From a virus (taxonomy: Duplodnaviria; Caudoviricetes): 64,000 nucleotides of DNA. Below, in pieces: positions 36,527 through 44,887 of the stretch. A program made the position numbers and the translations under genes. The stretch is taken from the IMG/VR virus record IMGVR_UViG_3300015615_000196, positions 192,001 through 256,000 of that record. One strand, given 5' to 3'. Below the pieces are notes generated by a model. It ran no database searches. It was not told the origin of the DNA and saw only the letters and a list, made by a program, of their open reading frames with translations. The first letter of the stretch is position 1, and each line of letters starts with the position of its first letter.

Positions 36527-39490
36527 ATGGGAGATACAAATTGTCCTAAACTTGACCCTAAACTTTATAGTCAAATTTTAGAGAAGTGCCTTACTTCTCT
36601 CAATTTGCCTATTGAGTACTCTTTAATCGGTGGTCGTACCTGCGGGAACGCCTACTTGAGTCATGGACGAGTCTACAAAGTAACGACCGACAAATCAGAA
36701 GCAGTCGAATCCAACAAAGTAGTTGGAAAGAACAACTCCCACTTAGTTGACGTATATAACGTCAAGAAAATCAACACCGATCTTACTCCTGAAAGCGTAT
36801 ACCTGATTGTAATGGAATACGTGAACACAGGGAAGCAAAGCATTTTCGCTGAGATTCAGGAAAACTTAATTAATCTTTTCCGTGAACACCTGAACTTGCA
36901 TCTTTTTGATTTGCTCGAAGCATACAGATTCAAACCTGAACAATATGCTGCATACGAACCAGACGTGAAAGAGGCATTGGCTCCACATCAAAAGGAAACA
37001 CTGTACTACAATACTCTTCTTGAAATTCTCGATGAACTTAAAGCCAACGGTGTCGAATCAATTGATGTCCATTACCACAACTTAGGCGTGAAGCAGAATG
37101 GTAATATTGCATTCTTTGATTTCGGATTTGGTGACGAGCAGGGAGAGGTTGATTCAATGGGTGTTAATGAGAAGGTAGAGTTGGATGAAGAAATCAAGCA
37201 ACTTTATGACGCATTGGGAAAGAACGGTATTTCACTTCAAGACTTTGCAATCAAATTGAGTGACAGACTTGGGTTTGAGGGTGCAATGATGCTTGGTAGT
37301 GGAACACAAGGTGCAGCAATTGATGTTGGTGGTGGTACTGTTATGAAAATCACAACTGACAACGGAGAGGCAAGTGAGGCAAATCATTTGGTTGGTAAAA
37401 ACAACCAGTACATAGGAAACGTATTTAAGGTTTACAAACTTGACCCTCCATACAATTTCGCATACGTCATCTTGAGAGAAAAACTTAAAGTGGATTCTCA
37501 AGAAAACAGTAGAAGAGAAAAGGTCTTTGAGAAGGTGATGGATGATAACGACATCAGTTGGTTCACATTCGATGAAATCATCATGAGAGGCAACAAGCAA
37601 GAACTTGAAGAAACCAGAGATTCATTAAGAATCAGAAACAACGCAGACATTGAAGTTGTTGATGCATTTTTTGCTGTCTTTGGCAACCTGATTGACAATG
37701 GTATCAAGAGCACAGACTTCGCACCAAACAATTTTGGTTTTAAAAACAATGGTGCATGGGCCTACTACGATTTAGGATATAGTTCAAATCCAGAAGACTT
37801 GGGTGGTGTCGAAGGACTTGCAGTGAACGAGCGTGTAGTATCTTACATGCCAAATTCATCAGCAATGAGTGTCAAGAAGAAGTGTCAAATCGGTGGCAAC
37901 GGTGACGGAACAAGTAGTGCTTGCAATCAAGGAGATATTTCGAATATCAAGCTGAATAAGATAAGTGAGCACACGAGCAAATGGAAACAAAGACTTGAAA
38001 AGAAGCAACAAGTTGAGGAAAATATGTTTTATCGTGTGCCGTCAGGCTTCACCCCGCCAAGGGGAACAACTGCACTTGACGTAGTAAATTTTGAGAGAAA
38101 TGAAAACGGCAATGTTGAAGAAATGGATATTGCACTTGAAAATGCCAAAAAGCATGGAATTGATCTTGCAAAATATCCGGCAAGTAGCGTAATTTGGGTC
38201 ACCAAAACACCGGAAGACGCAATGAGATACGGGAATGACGTTGAAGAAGAACCAATTGAGAATCCGATCATATTGACTACGGATGGTGATAATGGATATT
38301 TGGTGTTTAGAAAAGAAGGAATGATTGCAGAAGAGCAAAAAGTTGAAATCAACGATCTACCATTCAAAGGTGATGTGGAAGCTGCTGGCGGTAAAATTTA
38401 CTCTGTCGGTGGGGCTGTTCGTGACTCTATTCTTGGTAAGGAATCAAAAGACTTGGACATATTGATCACCGGACTACCACTTGATCAACTCGAAACCATT
38501 CTTTCAAAGTATGGTCGTGTCGATAACGTAGGAAAATCATTCGGTATCATCAAATACAACTCTCCGCAGACCGGAGAAATTGACATCGCAATTCCTCGTA
38601 CAGAGAGAAAGAACGATCAAGGTGGGTATCAGGGTTTCGATGTAACTTCTGATCACAATCTACCAATTGAGAAAGACCTTGAACGTAGAGACTTTACGAT
38701 CAATGCCATTGCAAAAGATAGTTCTGGCTTGATGATCGACCCTTACGGTGGACAAGGTGATATTCAGAAGAAACAGATTAAGATGGTGAACCCACAAGCC
38801 TTCTCTGACGATCCGTTGAGAATGCTTCGTGCTGTACAATTTGCATCGCGTTTTGGATTTTCGATTGAACCGGAGACACTGGCATCGATTCAACAGAATG
38901 CATCTAAGATCAGAGAGATTTCTCCTGAAAGAATCTTGATTGAGTTTGACAAAATTGTGAAGAAAGGTAATCCGATGGTCGGAGCAAAGTTGCTTCGTCA
39001 GACAGGATTGTACAATCAAATTTTTGGTGTTGACAGAGGTGTGAACTTCGCTCCTTTCGATCATGTGAAGACAATGGGAGAATTCGTGTTCTCTCTGATC
39101 AAGGACAACATTCAAAATCCTGCTGAGTACTTCAAGGATCATATGAAAGGAGACCTTGACACGTACAACAACATTCGTGCACTGGAACTTGGTAACAAGT
39201 TCAACGGAGACAAGAAGACAATCTTCGATATGTACAAGATTTATCCACAGTCTTTGAACACGGACTTGTTTGGCCCAAAGTTTAAGGATACGGTGGAGTA
39301 TATGAAGGCGAAAAACATACCGTTTTCGTTAAAAGAGGTTCCGGTAAACGGAAACGATTTGATGTCATTGGGCTTCCAAGGTAAAGAAATCGGTAATGCC
39401 TTCGTAAATGTGTTAAACAAGATTTACAGCGAAGAATTGCCCAATAATCGTGAGGATATTCTCAATTACGTGAAGACCCTTAAAGTTTAA
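36527..39490 (+). CDS. Multidomain protein: two kinase-like domains plus class II tRNA nucleotidyltransferase (CCA-adding)
   Basis: YKVTTD..E/DVHYHN/DFG and MKITTD..E/DFAPNN/DLG kinase motifs; GGAVRD, DLD, RRDFTINA, DDPLRMLR and SPERI nucleotidyltransferase motifs. Confidence 0.88.
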   Translation: MGDTNCPKLDPKLYSQILEKCLTSLNLPIEYSLIGGRTCGNAYLSHGRVYKVTTDKSEAVESNKVVGKNNSHLVDVYNVKKINTDLTPESVYLIVMEYVNTGKQSIFAEIQENLINLFREHLNLHLFDLLEAYRFKPEQYAAYEPDVKEALAPHQKETLYYNTLLEILDELKANGVESIDVHYHNLGVKQNGNIAFFDFGFGDEQGEVDSMGVNEKVELDEEIKQLYDALGKNGISLQDFAIKLSDRLGFEGAMMLGSGTQGAAIDVGGGTVMKITTDNGEASEANHLVGKNNQYIGNVFKVYKLDPPYNFAYVILREKLKVDSQENSRREKVFEKVMDDNDISWFTFDEIIMRGNKQELEETRDSLRIRNNADIEVVDAFFAVFGNLIDNGIKSTDFAPNNFGFKNNGAWAYYDLGYSSNPEDLGGVEGLAVNERVVSYMPNSSAMSVKKKCQIGGNGDGTSSACNQGDISNIKLNKISEHTSKWKQRLEKKQQVEENMFYRVPSGFTPPRGTTALDVVNFERNENGNVEEMDIALENAKKHGIDLAKYPASSVIWVTKTPEDAMRYGNDVEEEPIENPIILTTDGDNGYLVFRKEGMIAEEQKVEINDLPFKGDVEAAGGKIYSVGGAVRDSILGKESKDLDILITGLPLDQLETILSKYGRVDNVGKSFGIIKYNSPQTGEIDIAIPRTERKNDQGGYQGFDVTSDHNLPIEKDLERRDFTINAIAKDSSGLMIDPYGGQGDIQKKQIKMVNPQAFSDDPLRMLRAVQFASRFGFSIEPETLASIQQNASKIREISPERILIEFDKIVKKGNPMVGAKLLRQTGLYNQIFGVDRGVNFAPFDHVKTMGEFVFSLIKDNIQNPAEYFKDHMKGDLDTYNNIRALELGNKFNGDKKTIFDMYKIYPQSLNTDLFGPKFKDTVEYMKAKNIPFSLKEVPVNGNDLMSLGFQGKEIGNAFVNVLNKIYSEELPNNREDILNYVKTLKV

Positions 39491-39497
39491 AAATCAC

Positions 39498-39505
39498 GTA
39501 TTTAT
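39498..39505 (+). promoter_or_regulatory. Putative late promoter GTATTTAT
   Basis: 4 nt before ATG 39510. Confidence 0.65.
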
Positions 39506-39509
39506 TAGC

Positions 39510-40307
39510 ATGGAGAAAGAGAACATCTATAAGCCGAAGTCATTACCACAGTTGTCAGCACCGTTTAGCTACGTTGCTCACCACTTGAATGACATGGGTC
39601 AACCCTATGAATTGGTAGGTGCGAACGTAGATTCTATCACTCCGTCACAGGCGTTTATTGATACGGACATCGTAAGCAATCTGGTGGACAAATTGAAGAA
39701 AGGCGAAGAACTCAAGGCAATTTGGTTGGACAAAGACAACAATGCTCTTGATGGTCACCACAGATATGCAGCGTATGCTCTCAATAAGAATAGCCATATC
39801 CCATCCGTAAGATTGGGTTGTGAAAAGCAAAAGGCAATTGATATTTTGAACGAGATTCAGTCGATGTACGAGAGAGAAAACGGTTCTCAATTCTTGAACG
39901 CATTGACAGAAGATCAAGATACTTCAATGTACATCCCGGACAAGAAAGTGCCTACGAAGAAGGCTACGGTGAAAGGATATAGAAAGAACAAGATCGTAGA
40001 GAAGTCCATCACTGGTAACTTCTTTGCATTGAAACCTGTGGAAGGCTACAAACTCGAAACAGAAATCGAATTCTCGTCACTCATGAATTCGGACGATGTA
40101 AATCCGAGTATTAAGGACGACAAGAATCCTCCGGCTGCTCTTGCAAAAGAGTGGTTCCCGTCTTTGAATTTCAAAGAAAAGGCAAAGATGATGGGCATGA
40201 AAGAAGAGCAATTCATCAATGCTATCGTAGCTGAAAAAGCAAGAACGAAGGGCATCGATGGTATCCAATACGGAGACAAATTACTTCAATCAATTGACGA
40301 CAAATAA
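39510..40307 (+). CDS. ParB/Sulfiredoxin-like N-terminal domain protein
   Basis: ITPSQ...IWLDKDNNALDGHHRYAA. Confidence 0.75.
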   Translation: MEKENIYKPKSLPQLSAPFSYVAHHLNDMGQPYELVGANVDSITPSQAFIDTDIVSNLVDKLKKGEELKAIWLDKDNNALDGHHRYAAYALNKNSHIPSVRLGCEKQKAIDILNEIQSMYERENGSQFLNALTEDQDTSMYIPDKKVPTKKATVKGYRKNKIVEKSITGNFFALKPVEGYKLETEIEFSSLMNSDDVNPSIKDDKNPPAALAKEWFPSLNFKEKAKMMGMKEEQFINAIVAEKARTKGIDGIQYGDKLLQSIDDK

Positions 40308-40316
40308 CACAACGAT

Positions 40317-40673
40317 ATGTCATACTACAGAATTAGAAACAACACCAACACTCTCGGCAAAAGACACCCAAGATTCAACACGCCTCAAATAATTGAGTTT
40401 AAAGACCTTTTGGAGAACAATGAGGTAAGTGTCGCCCCTTCTACGGAAATCATCGTAGAGACCGCCTATTTGCCTGTATCAGCACAAAAGCTGAGAGCCG
40501 AAGGATTGATCACCATTGTGGAGATCGATAAGCAGACGTACCACAAACTGCGTAAAAACAAAGAAACGCAACTTGCTGAGGAAGCAAAGAATGCAGCTAT
40601 CGTAGAGCAGGAAATAGCTAAAGTAGCAAAATCTGAGGAAAGAAGCAAGAAATACGCTACAAAACTTAAATAA
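40317..40673 (+). CDS. Hypothetical protein
   Basis: 118 aa ORF in operon. Confidence 0.65.
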   Translation: MSYYRIRNNTNTLGKRHPRFNTPQIIEFKDLLENNEVSVAPSTEIIVETAYLPVSAQKLRAEGLITIVEIDKQTYHKLRKNKETQLAEEAKNAAIVEQEIAKVAKSEERSKKYATKLK

Positions 40674-40725
40674 TAAAATTTTGTAAATTTTTACAGTTTT
40701 TTCCGATTTTCGGAGAAGTGAGTCC

Positions 40726-40734
40726 GTATTTATA
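40726..40734 (+). promoter_or_regulatory. Putative late promoter GTATTTATA
   Basis: Intergenic, upstream of the glycosyltransferase. Confidence 0.6.
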
Positions 40735-40757
40735 ATAAACTATAAATTATTATAACT

Positions 40758-42140
40758 ATGGACGAAAAAATCAAAATCCTGTTTTTCAACAAAGACGTTG
40801 CTGGTGTAAACTATTGGAGAACGCTTACTCCGGCAATGCAATTGGACATGTCACATTCTGACAAGTTCAAAGTGGAAATCAACCCGGACTTAAACTTCAA
40901 CAACTACGATGAAGTTCTCAACTATCTCAAGGGCTTCCACATCATCCACTATCACCGTTACATTTTACCGAACGTCACACAGACGGTTCAGCTTGCCCGT
41001 GAACTGAAAAAGAACGGAACAGTTCTTATCATGGACATAGATGACTACTGGTTACTTGACCGTACTCACCCGATGTATCCTACTGCCTTCGAAAAGAAGT
41101 TGCACTTTGACATCATCGACAACTTGAAGATCGCGGACTACGTAACCACTACGACTGATTTGTTTGCTTCTGAGATCAGAAGAATTACTGGTAAGGACAA
41201 CGTAATGGTATTCCCGAACTCGGTGAATCCTGAATGGATGAAACAATTTCAAGACAACAAAATCGTTGACGAAAAATTTGTACGTATCATGTACATGGCG
41301 GGTTCTTCTCACAAGAATGATATTCAGCAACTTGATGGCGTGGCAAACGCATTGAACTCAACTCTTGGTGTTCAAGATCAATTCAAGTTCCTTCTTGCAG
41401 GTTGGGACACGGAAGGTCATACGACCGATTTCAAATTCAATCAGGAATTTGCAACTGTGTTACAGAAGAGAAGATTGTGGGACAAAAAAATGATCAAACA
41501 AATCAACAAAACCAGAGGTGATGTTGATAAGATTGAAGGTCTTCCTGCCGACATTCGTAATGCGTTCAGAGGAAGAGTTTTTGATGTAAATGAACGTGCG
41601 ATTCACTCAACCGAATCAGTGTACCTTGACTATGAAAAGATGCTCACGGACAATTATCGTGTGATCAAAAATCAAGACTATTTGACTTGGTTGAATAAAT
41701 TTGAACGTGATAAGTATGCCGATGCTGCACTTGTAAATTACGAGAGAAGATGGACGCAGAAGGCGAATATCTACGCTCAGGTTCTTGACGAAGCCGACAT
41801 TTCTCTTGCTCCACTTGCAGACAACACATTCAACAGAATGAAGTCTAATTTGAAGCAGGTGGAAGTTTGGTCACGTAAGCTGCCGATCATCTGTACTGAC
41901 ATTCCACCGTACAACGTGGACGGTAAGCACATGAAAAACTGTATTCTTATTCCTTGGAAGAAACACAATGACAAGGAGTGGTACAAGGCAATCAAAACTT
42001 TGATCAAGGAGCCGAATCTCCGTGCTGATTTGGGTAACCAACTGTACGAAGATTTCAAGGTCAAGTATAACCTGAAACACGTAACAGAGGCCAGAGCGCA
42101 ATTCTATTCTACCGTAGCCACTATTTATCATTTAGTATGA
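40758..42140 (+). CDS. GT-B fold glycosyltransferase
   Basis: GVNYWR, MDIDDYW, ADYVTTTT, PNSV, DISLAPL...FNRMKSNLK..E and PIICTD.PPY motifs. Confidence 0.85.
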   Translation: MDEKIKILFFNKDVAGVNYWRTLTPAMQLDMSHSDKFKVEINPDLNFNNYDEVLNYLKGFHIIHYHRYILPNVTQTVQLARELKKNGTVLIMDIDDYWLLDRTHPMYPTAFEKKLHFDIIDNLKIADYVTTTTDLFASEIRRITGKDNVMVFPNSVNPEWMKQFQDNKIVDEKFVRIMYMAGSSHKNDIQQLDGVANALNSTLGVQDQFKFLLAGWDTEGHTTDFKFNQEFATVLQKRRLWDKKMIKQINKTRGDVDKIEGLPADIRNAFRGRVFDVNERAIHSTESVYLDYEKMLTDNYRVIKNQDYLTWLNKFERDKYADAALVNYERRWTQKANIYAQVLDEADISLAPLADNTFNRMKSNLKQVEVWSRKLPIICTDIPPYNVDGKHMKNCILIPWKKHNDKEWYKAIKTLIKEPNLRADLGNQLYEDFKVKYNLKHVTEARAQFYSTVATIYHLV

Positions 42141-42161
42141 TCTTACTAATTGATAATCAGT

Positions 42162-42602
42162 ATGGACTATGAATACATTAGATATTTGATGCTCTACACG
42201 GATCAAAAGTATCCGTTTGAAATGGCAAAATCCGATCCGGGATTAGCCGAAGGTTTGCGAAGTGTCAACACCTACATGGCGAAAAATGGTAGAAGAAAGT
42301 TGACCGATGCAGAAGCTGGACGCATCCTCATGACGGAGAGAACGATAAGAAGACAAGTTCGTGATATAGACAGAGACTACGAACCGGGTGATCAAGCACC
42401 AGTGGCAGCACAACCGCCACAGAAGACACAAGCAGACCTTGAAAGTGAATTGGCTTTATTAAGAAAGGCAATTCAGGAAAAGGAAGCTGAACTCAGAAAC
42501 AGTGCCGTTCACAAGATTAGTTCTCCGACACAAACAAAAGGTGATAGTGGTATCATCGAACGTAACTTAAAAGACACTGGATACAGTGACAAAATAAATT
42601 AA
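42162..42602 (+). CDS. Hypothetical protein
   Basis: ORF 42150-42602; first ATG at 42162; CTATTTAT at 42121. Confidence 0.65.
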   Translation: MDYEYIRYLMLYTDQKYPFEMAKSDPGLAEGLRSVNTYMAKNGRRKLTDAEAGRILMTERTIRRQVRDIDRDYEPGDQAPVAAQPPQKTQADLESELALLRKAIQEKEAELRNSAVHKISSPTQTKGDSGIIERNLKDTGYSDKIN

Positions 42603-42606
42603 CACA

Positions 42607-43107
42607 ATGAGTAACTTTTTGACCCGTTTAAAAGAAAGTCTTGACACAGGAAAACAGGACGACCAATTGAAATCACAGATGGAGGAAACTTTGGCTAATG
42701 CCGATAAGTATGGTTCAGGAGATTTTAGTGCACTTGAAAAGAAAGCAGAAGCTGCTGTTGCCAAAAGAAAACCTTTGACCCCGGAAGAGATTGCCAAGAT
42801 AAACGAAGAAGCCGCAGCACATCAAAAACGCATTGATGAATTTGATGCAAAGATGAAAGAACTTGCAAAGTTGAAACTTGCAGAACAAGATGCGCAACAA
42901 AAAGAGTTGGAAGCAAAACAAGAACCGTTTGTGTTGTTGAATGTTGTTAAGAAGGAGGTTCTTAATCCACCAACAGAAGGAGTGAGTGAACTTGTACTAC
43001 AGGATAGTACTGGTAAACCAATAACGAGCGATCAGCTTTTCGATAAGTATGATTATCCCAAGAAAGAGGATACTAAGTTAGAAGAGAGCAATGATAAATT
43101 GGTTTAA
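42607..43107 (+). CDS. Hypothetical coiled-coil protein
   Basis: 166 aa, Glu/Lys/Ala-rich. Confidence 0.65.
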   Translation: MSNFLTRLKESLDTGKQDDQLKSQMEETLANADKYGSGDFSALEKKAEAAVAKRKPLTPEEIAKINEEAAAHQKRIDEFDAKMKELAKLKLAEQDAQQKELEAKQEPFVLLNVVKKEVLNPPTEGVSELVLQDSTGKPITSDQLFDKYDYPKKEDTKLEESNDKLV

Positions 43108-43963
43108 AAGGCTATTTGCATCAGCCACACTATCACTATTCTTTGCTCTCAAACGTGTTGATGATGAACTTCGTGCTGACCCAATCGATTTGTTCAAAAC
43201 AGAACATCGAGCGGAGATCAGAAGTATATTCGAGCGTTTTGATGAAAAGTATGTTGAACGTTTCTATGAGATTTTAAAGAATGCCGACAAGTTCTTACGA
43301 ACAGCAAATCCCGCCAAGATTCAAAGGGCAGCAGGTAAGTTCGGATTGAACTACGGTATGAAGGATCATCATGGAAGACGCTTTGAACACTACGGCTTCT
43401 TTGACGAGAAGCATAGGTTCGCAGGTAAATCACTGAAAGAAGTTCGTGATTTGGAAGTTGCAGAAAAACAAGTGCAGGATGACGATTATCCGGTAATCGT
43501 GATGTATCAGAACAAGAAGGAATTCTCGTTTAATGAAAGTGCAGCAATGGTTCTTTTCAACAAGAGAGGATTATTTGCACCGGAGATTCACGAACTGGCA
43601 AGAATGAAGAAGTATCCTTTACTTGTAGTAAGAGATAAAGTTGTTGCAAACAGAATCGAGCAGTTGACCGAGTATTTGCACGTAAAGCAGATCACCAGCC
43701 AACACAAGATTCTCGAATTCATGATACCAAAGAAATTCGGACTTGAAAAAATTGAGGACAGTGATCCAATATTCAAAGAGTTGATCAACATCGATCAGGT
43801 GTGGTTTAAGGATGAATATGGTGATCGCAACTCATACAAGGTTCAAGAATTCTTTAAGCGCAGTGAGCACAATAAATTTAAACCGGATGGTGAACTCAAT
43901 CCTCACGGATATGACGTAATAAAATTCAAGGCTACCGACATAATTGAAATGGGTAGACCGTAA
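43091..43963 (+). CDS. Hypothetical protein
   Basis: 290 aa ORF overlapping neighbours. Confidence 0.65.
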   Translation: MINWFKRLFASATLSLFFALKRVDDELRADPIDLFKTEHRAEIRSIFERFDEKYVERFYEILKNADKFLRTANPAKIQRAAGKFGLNYGMKDHHGRRFEHYGFFDEKHRFAGKSLKEVRDLEVAEKQVQDDDYPVIVMYQNKKEFSFNESAAMVLFNKRGLFAPEIHELARMKKYPLLVVRDKVVANRIEQLTEYLHVKQITSQHKILEFMIPKKFGLEKIEDSDPIFKELINIDQVWFKDEYGDRNSYKVQEFFKRSEHNKFKPDGELNPHGYDVIKFKATDIIEMGRP

Positions 43964-43985
43964 CATTAAATCAAACACAATATTT

Positions 43986-44387
43986 ATGGACGCACAAGAT
44001 CACACAATTCAGGGAGGATCGTTGACAGCACAGAACCATACTCACTTTCATCACAACAACGCGAATGCAGTTAATTTTGTGCATGTAGGAGACGGTAGTT
44101 GGGGCACATCAACATCAAGTTGGGAACCCTATGGTGAGAAGAACGTAGTTGATGTAAAAGTCGATGATGAAACAATTGAGATCACGTATATTCAACGTGC
44201 ACTCTATTCGTACACGACAATCAACAGTAGTTTCACTATCGGTGGCCCTCAGCAAAGTTACCACAACCCTGACAGAGTGTTCAAGGAAGTTTACGGTGTG
44301 AAAGATGGCAAGTTAACATTGGTGAAAACCATTCAAGGACGTGTTATTCCACCACAGCCGAACGAAACTTATGAATTTGATGAATAG
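43986..44387 (+). CDS. Hypothetical protein
   Basis: ORF 43944-44387; likely ATG at 43986. Confidence 0.55.
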   Translation: MDAQDHTIQGGSLTAQNHTHFHHNNANAVNFVHVGDGSWGTSTSSWEPYGEKNVVDVKVDDETIEITYIQRALYSYTTINSSFTIGGPQQSYHNPDRVFKEVYGVKDGKLTLVKTIQGRVIPPQPNETYEFDE

Positions 44388-44420
44388 TAGTTGTTTTCTC
44401 GTTTAGTTTTAGTTTTTTCG

Positions 44421-44448
44421 AAAAATCCGCTTAAAAAACGGATTTTTT
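44421..44448 (+). terminator. Rho-independent terminator (possibly bidirectional)
   Basis: AAAAATCCG-N9-CGGATTTTTT. Confidence 0.65.
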
Positions 44449-44457
44449 GTATTTATA
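44449..44457 (+). promoter_or_regulatory. Putative late promoter GTATTTATA
   Basis: Directly after the terminator, before the baseplate operon. Confidence 0.7.
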
Positions 44458-44467
44458 GAAAATACTT

Positions 44468-44875
44468 ATGCCAGCCATCAATATCAAATTTCCTCTTGAA
44501 GATGACGTTGAAAAGAACGTGCTGTTCAAGCAGAACAATGTATCGAAAGATGCCCTTGTTTCCAACTTGCTTTTGTTGCTTTTGACCGATGAAGGGGAAA
44601 GATTTTACATGTCCGACTATGGTATCAATCTCAGAAAATACATATTCGAACCAAAGGATGGCGTAACCGAAGCAGAAGTCACAGAAGAGATTAAAACAAG
44701 AGTAAGACAATTCATTCCGCAGCTTACCATCAATAGAGTACAGTTTTTCCATGCGGAGGAAGATCAGGACGGTAATCCACTTATGGAAAATGAGGTTAAC
44801 GTCCATATTGACTTCACCTACGGTAGTGATGTGTTCAGCGATACAGGTAGCGTAGAGATAACATTTCCAGCATAA
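44468..44875 (+). CDS. Baseplate wedge protein, T4 gp25/GpW-like
   Basis: NLLLLLLTDEGERFYMSDYGINLRKYIFEP. Confidence 0.88.
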   Translation: MPAINIKFPLEDDVEKNVLFKQNNVSKDALVSNLLLLLLTDEGERFYMSDYGINLRKYIFEPKDGVTEAEVTEEIKTRVRQFIPQLTINRVQFFHAEEDQDGNPLMENEVNVHIDFTYGSDVFSDTGSVEITFPA

Positions 44876-44887
44876 TAACAGATAGCA

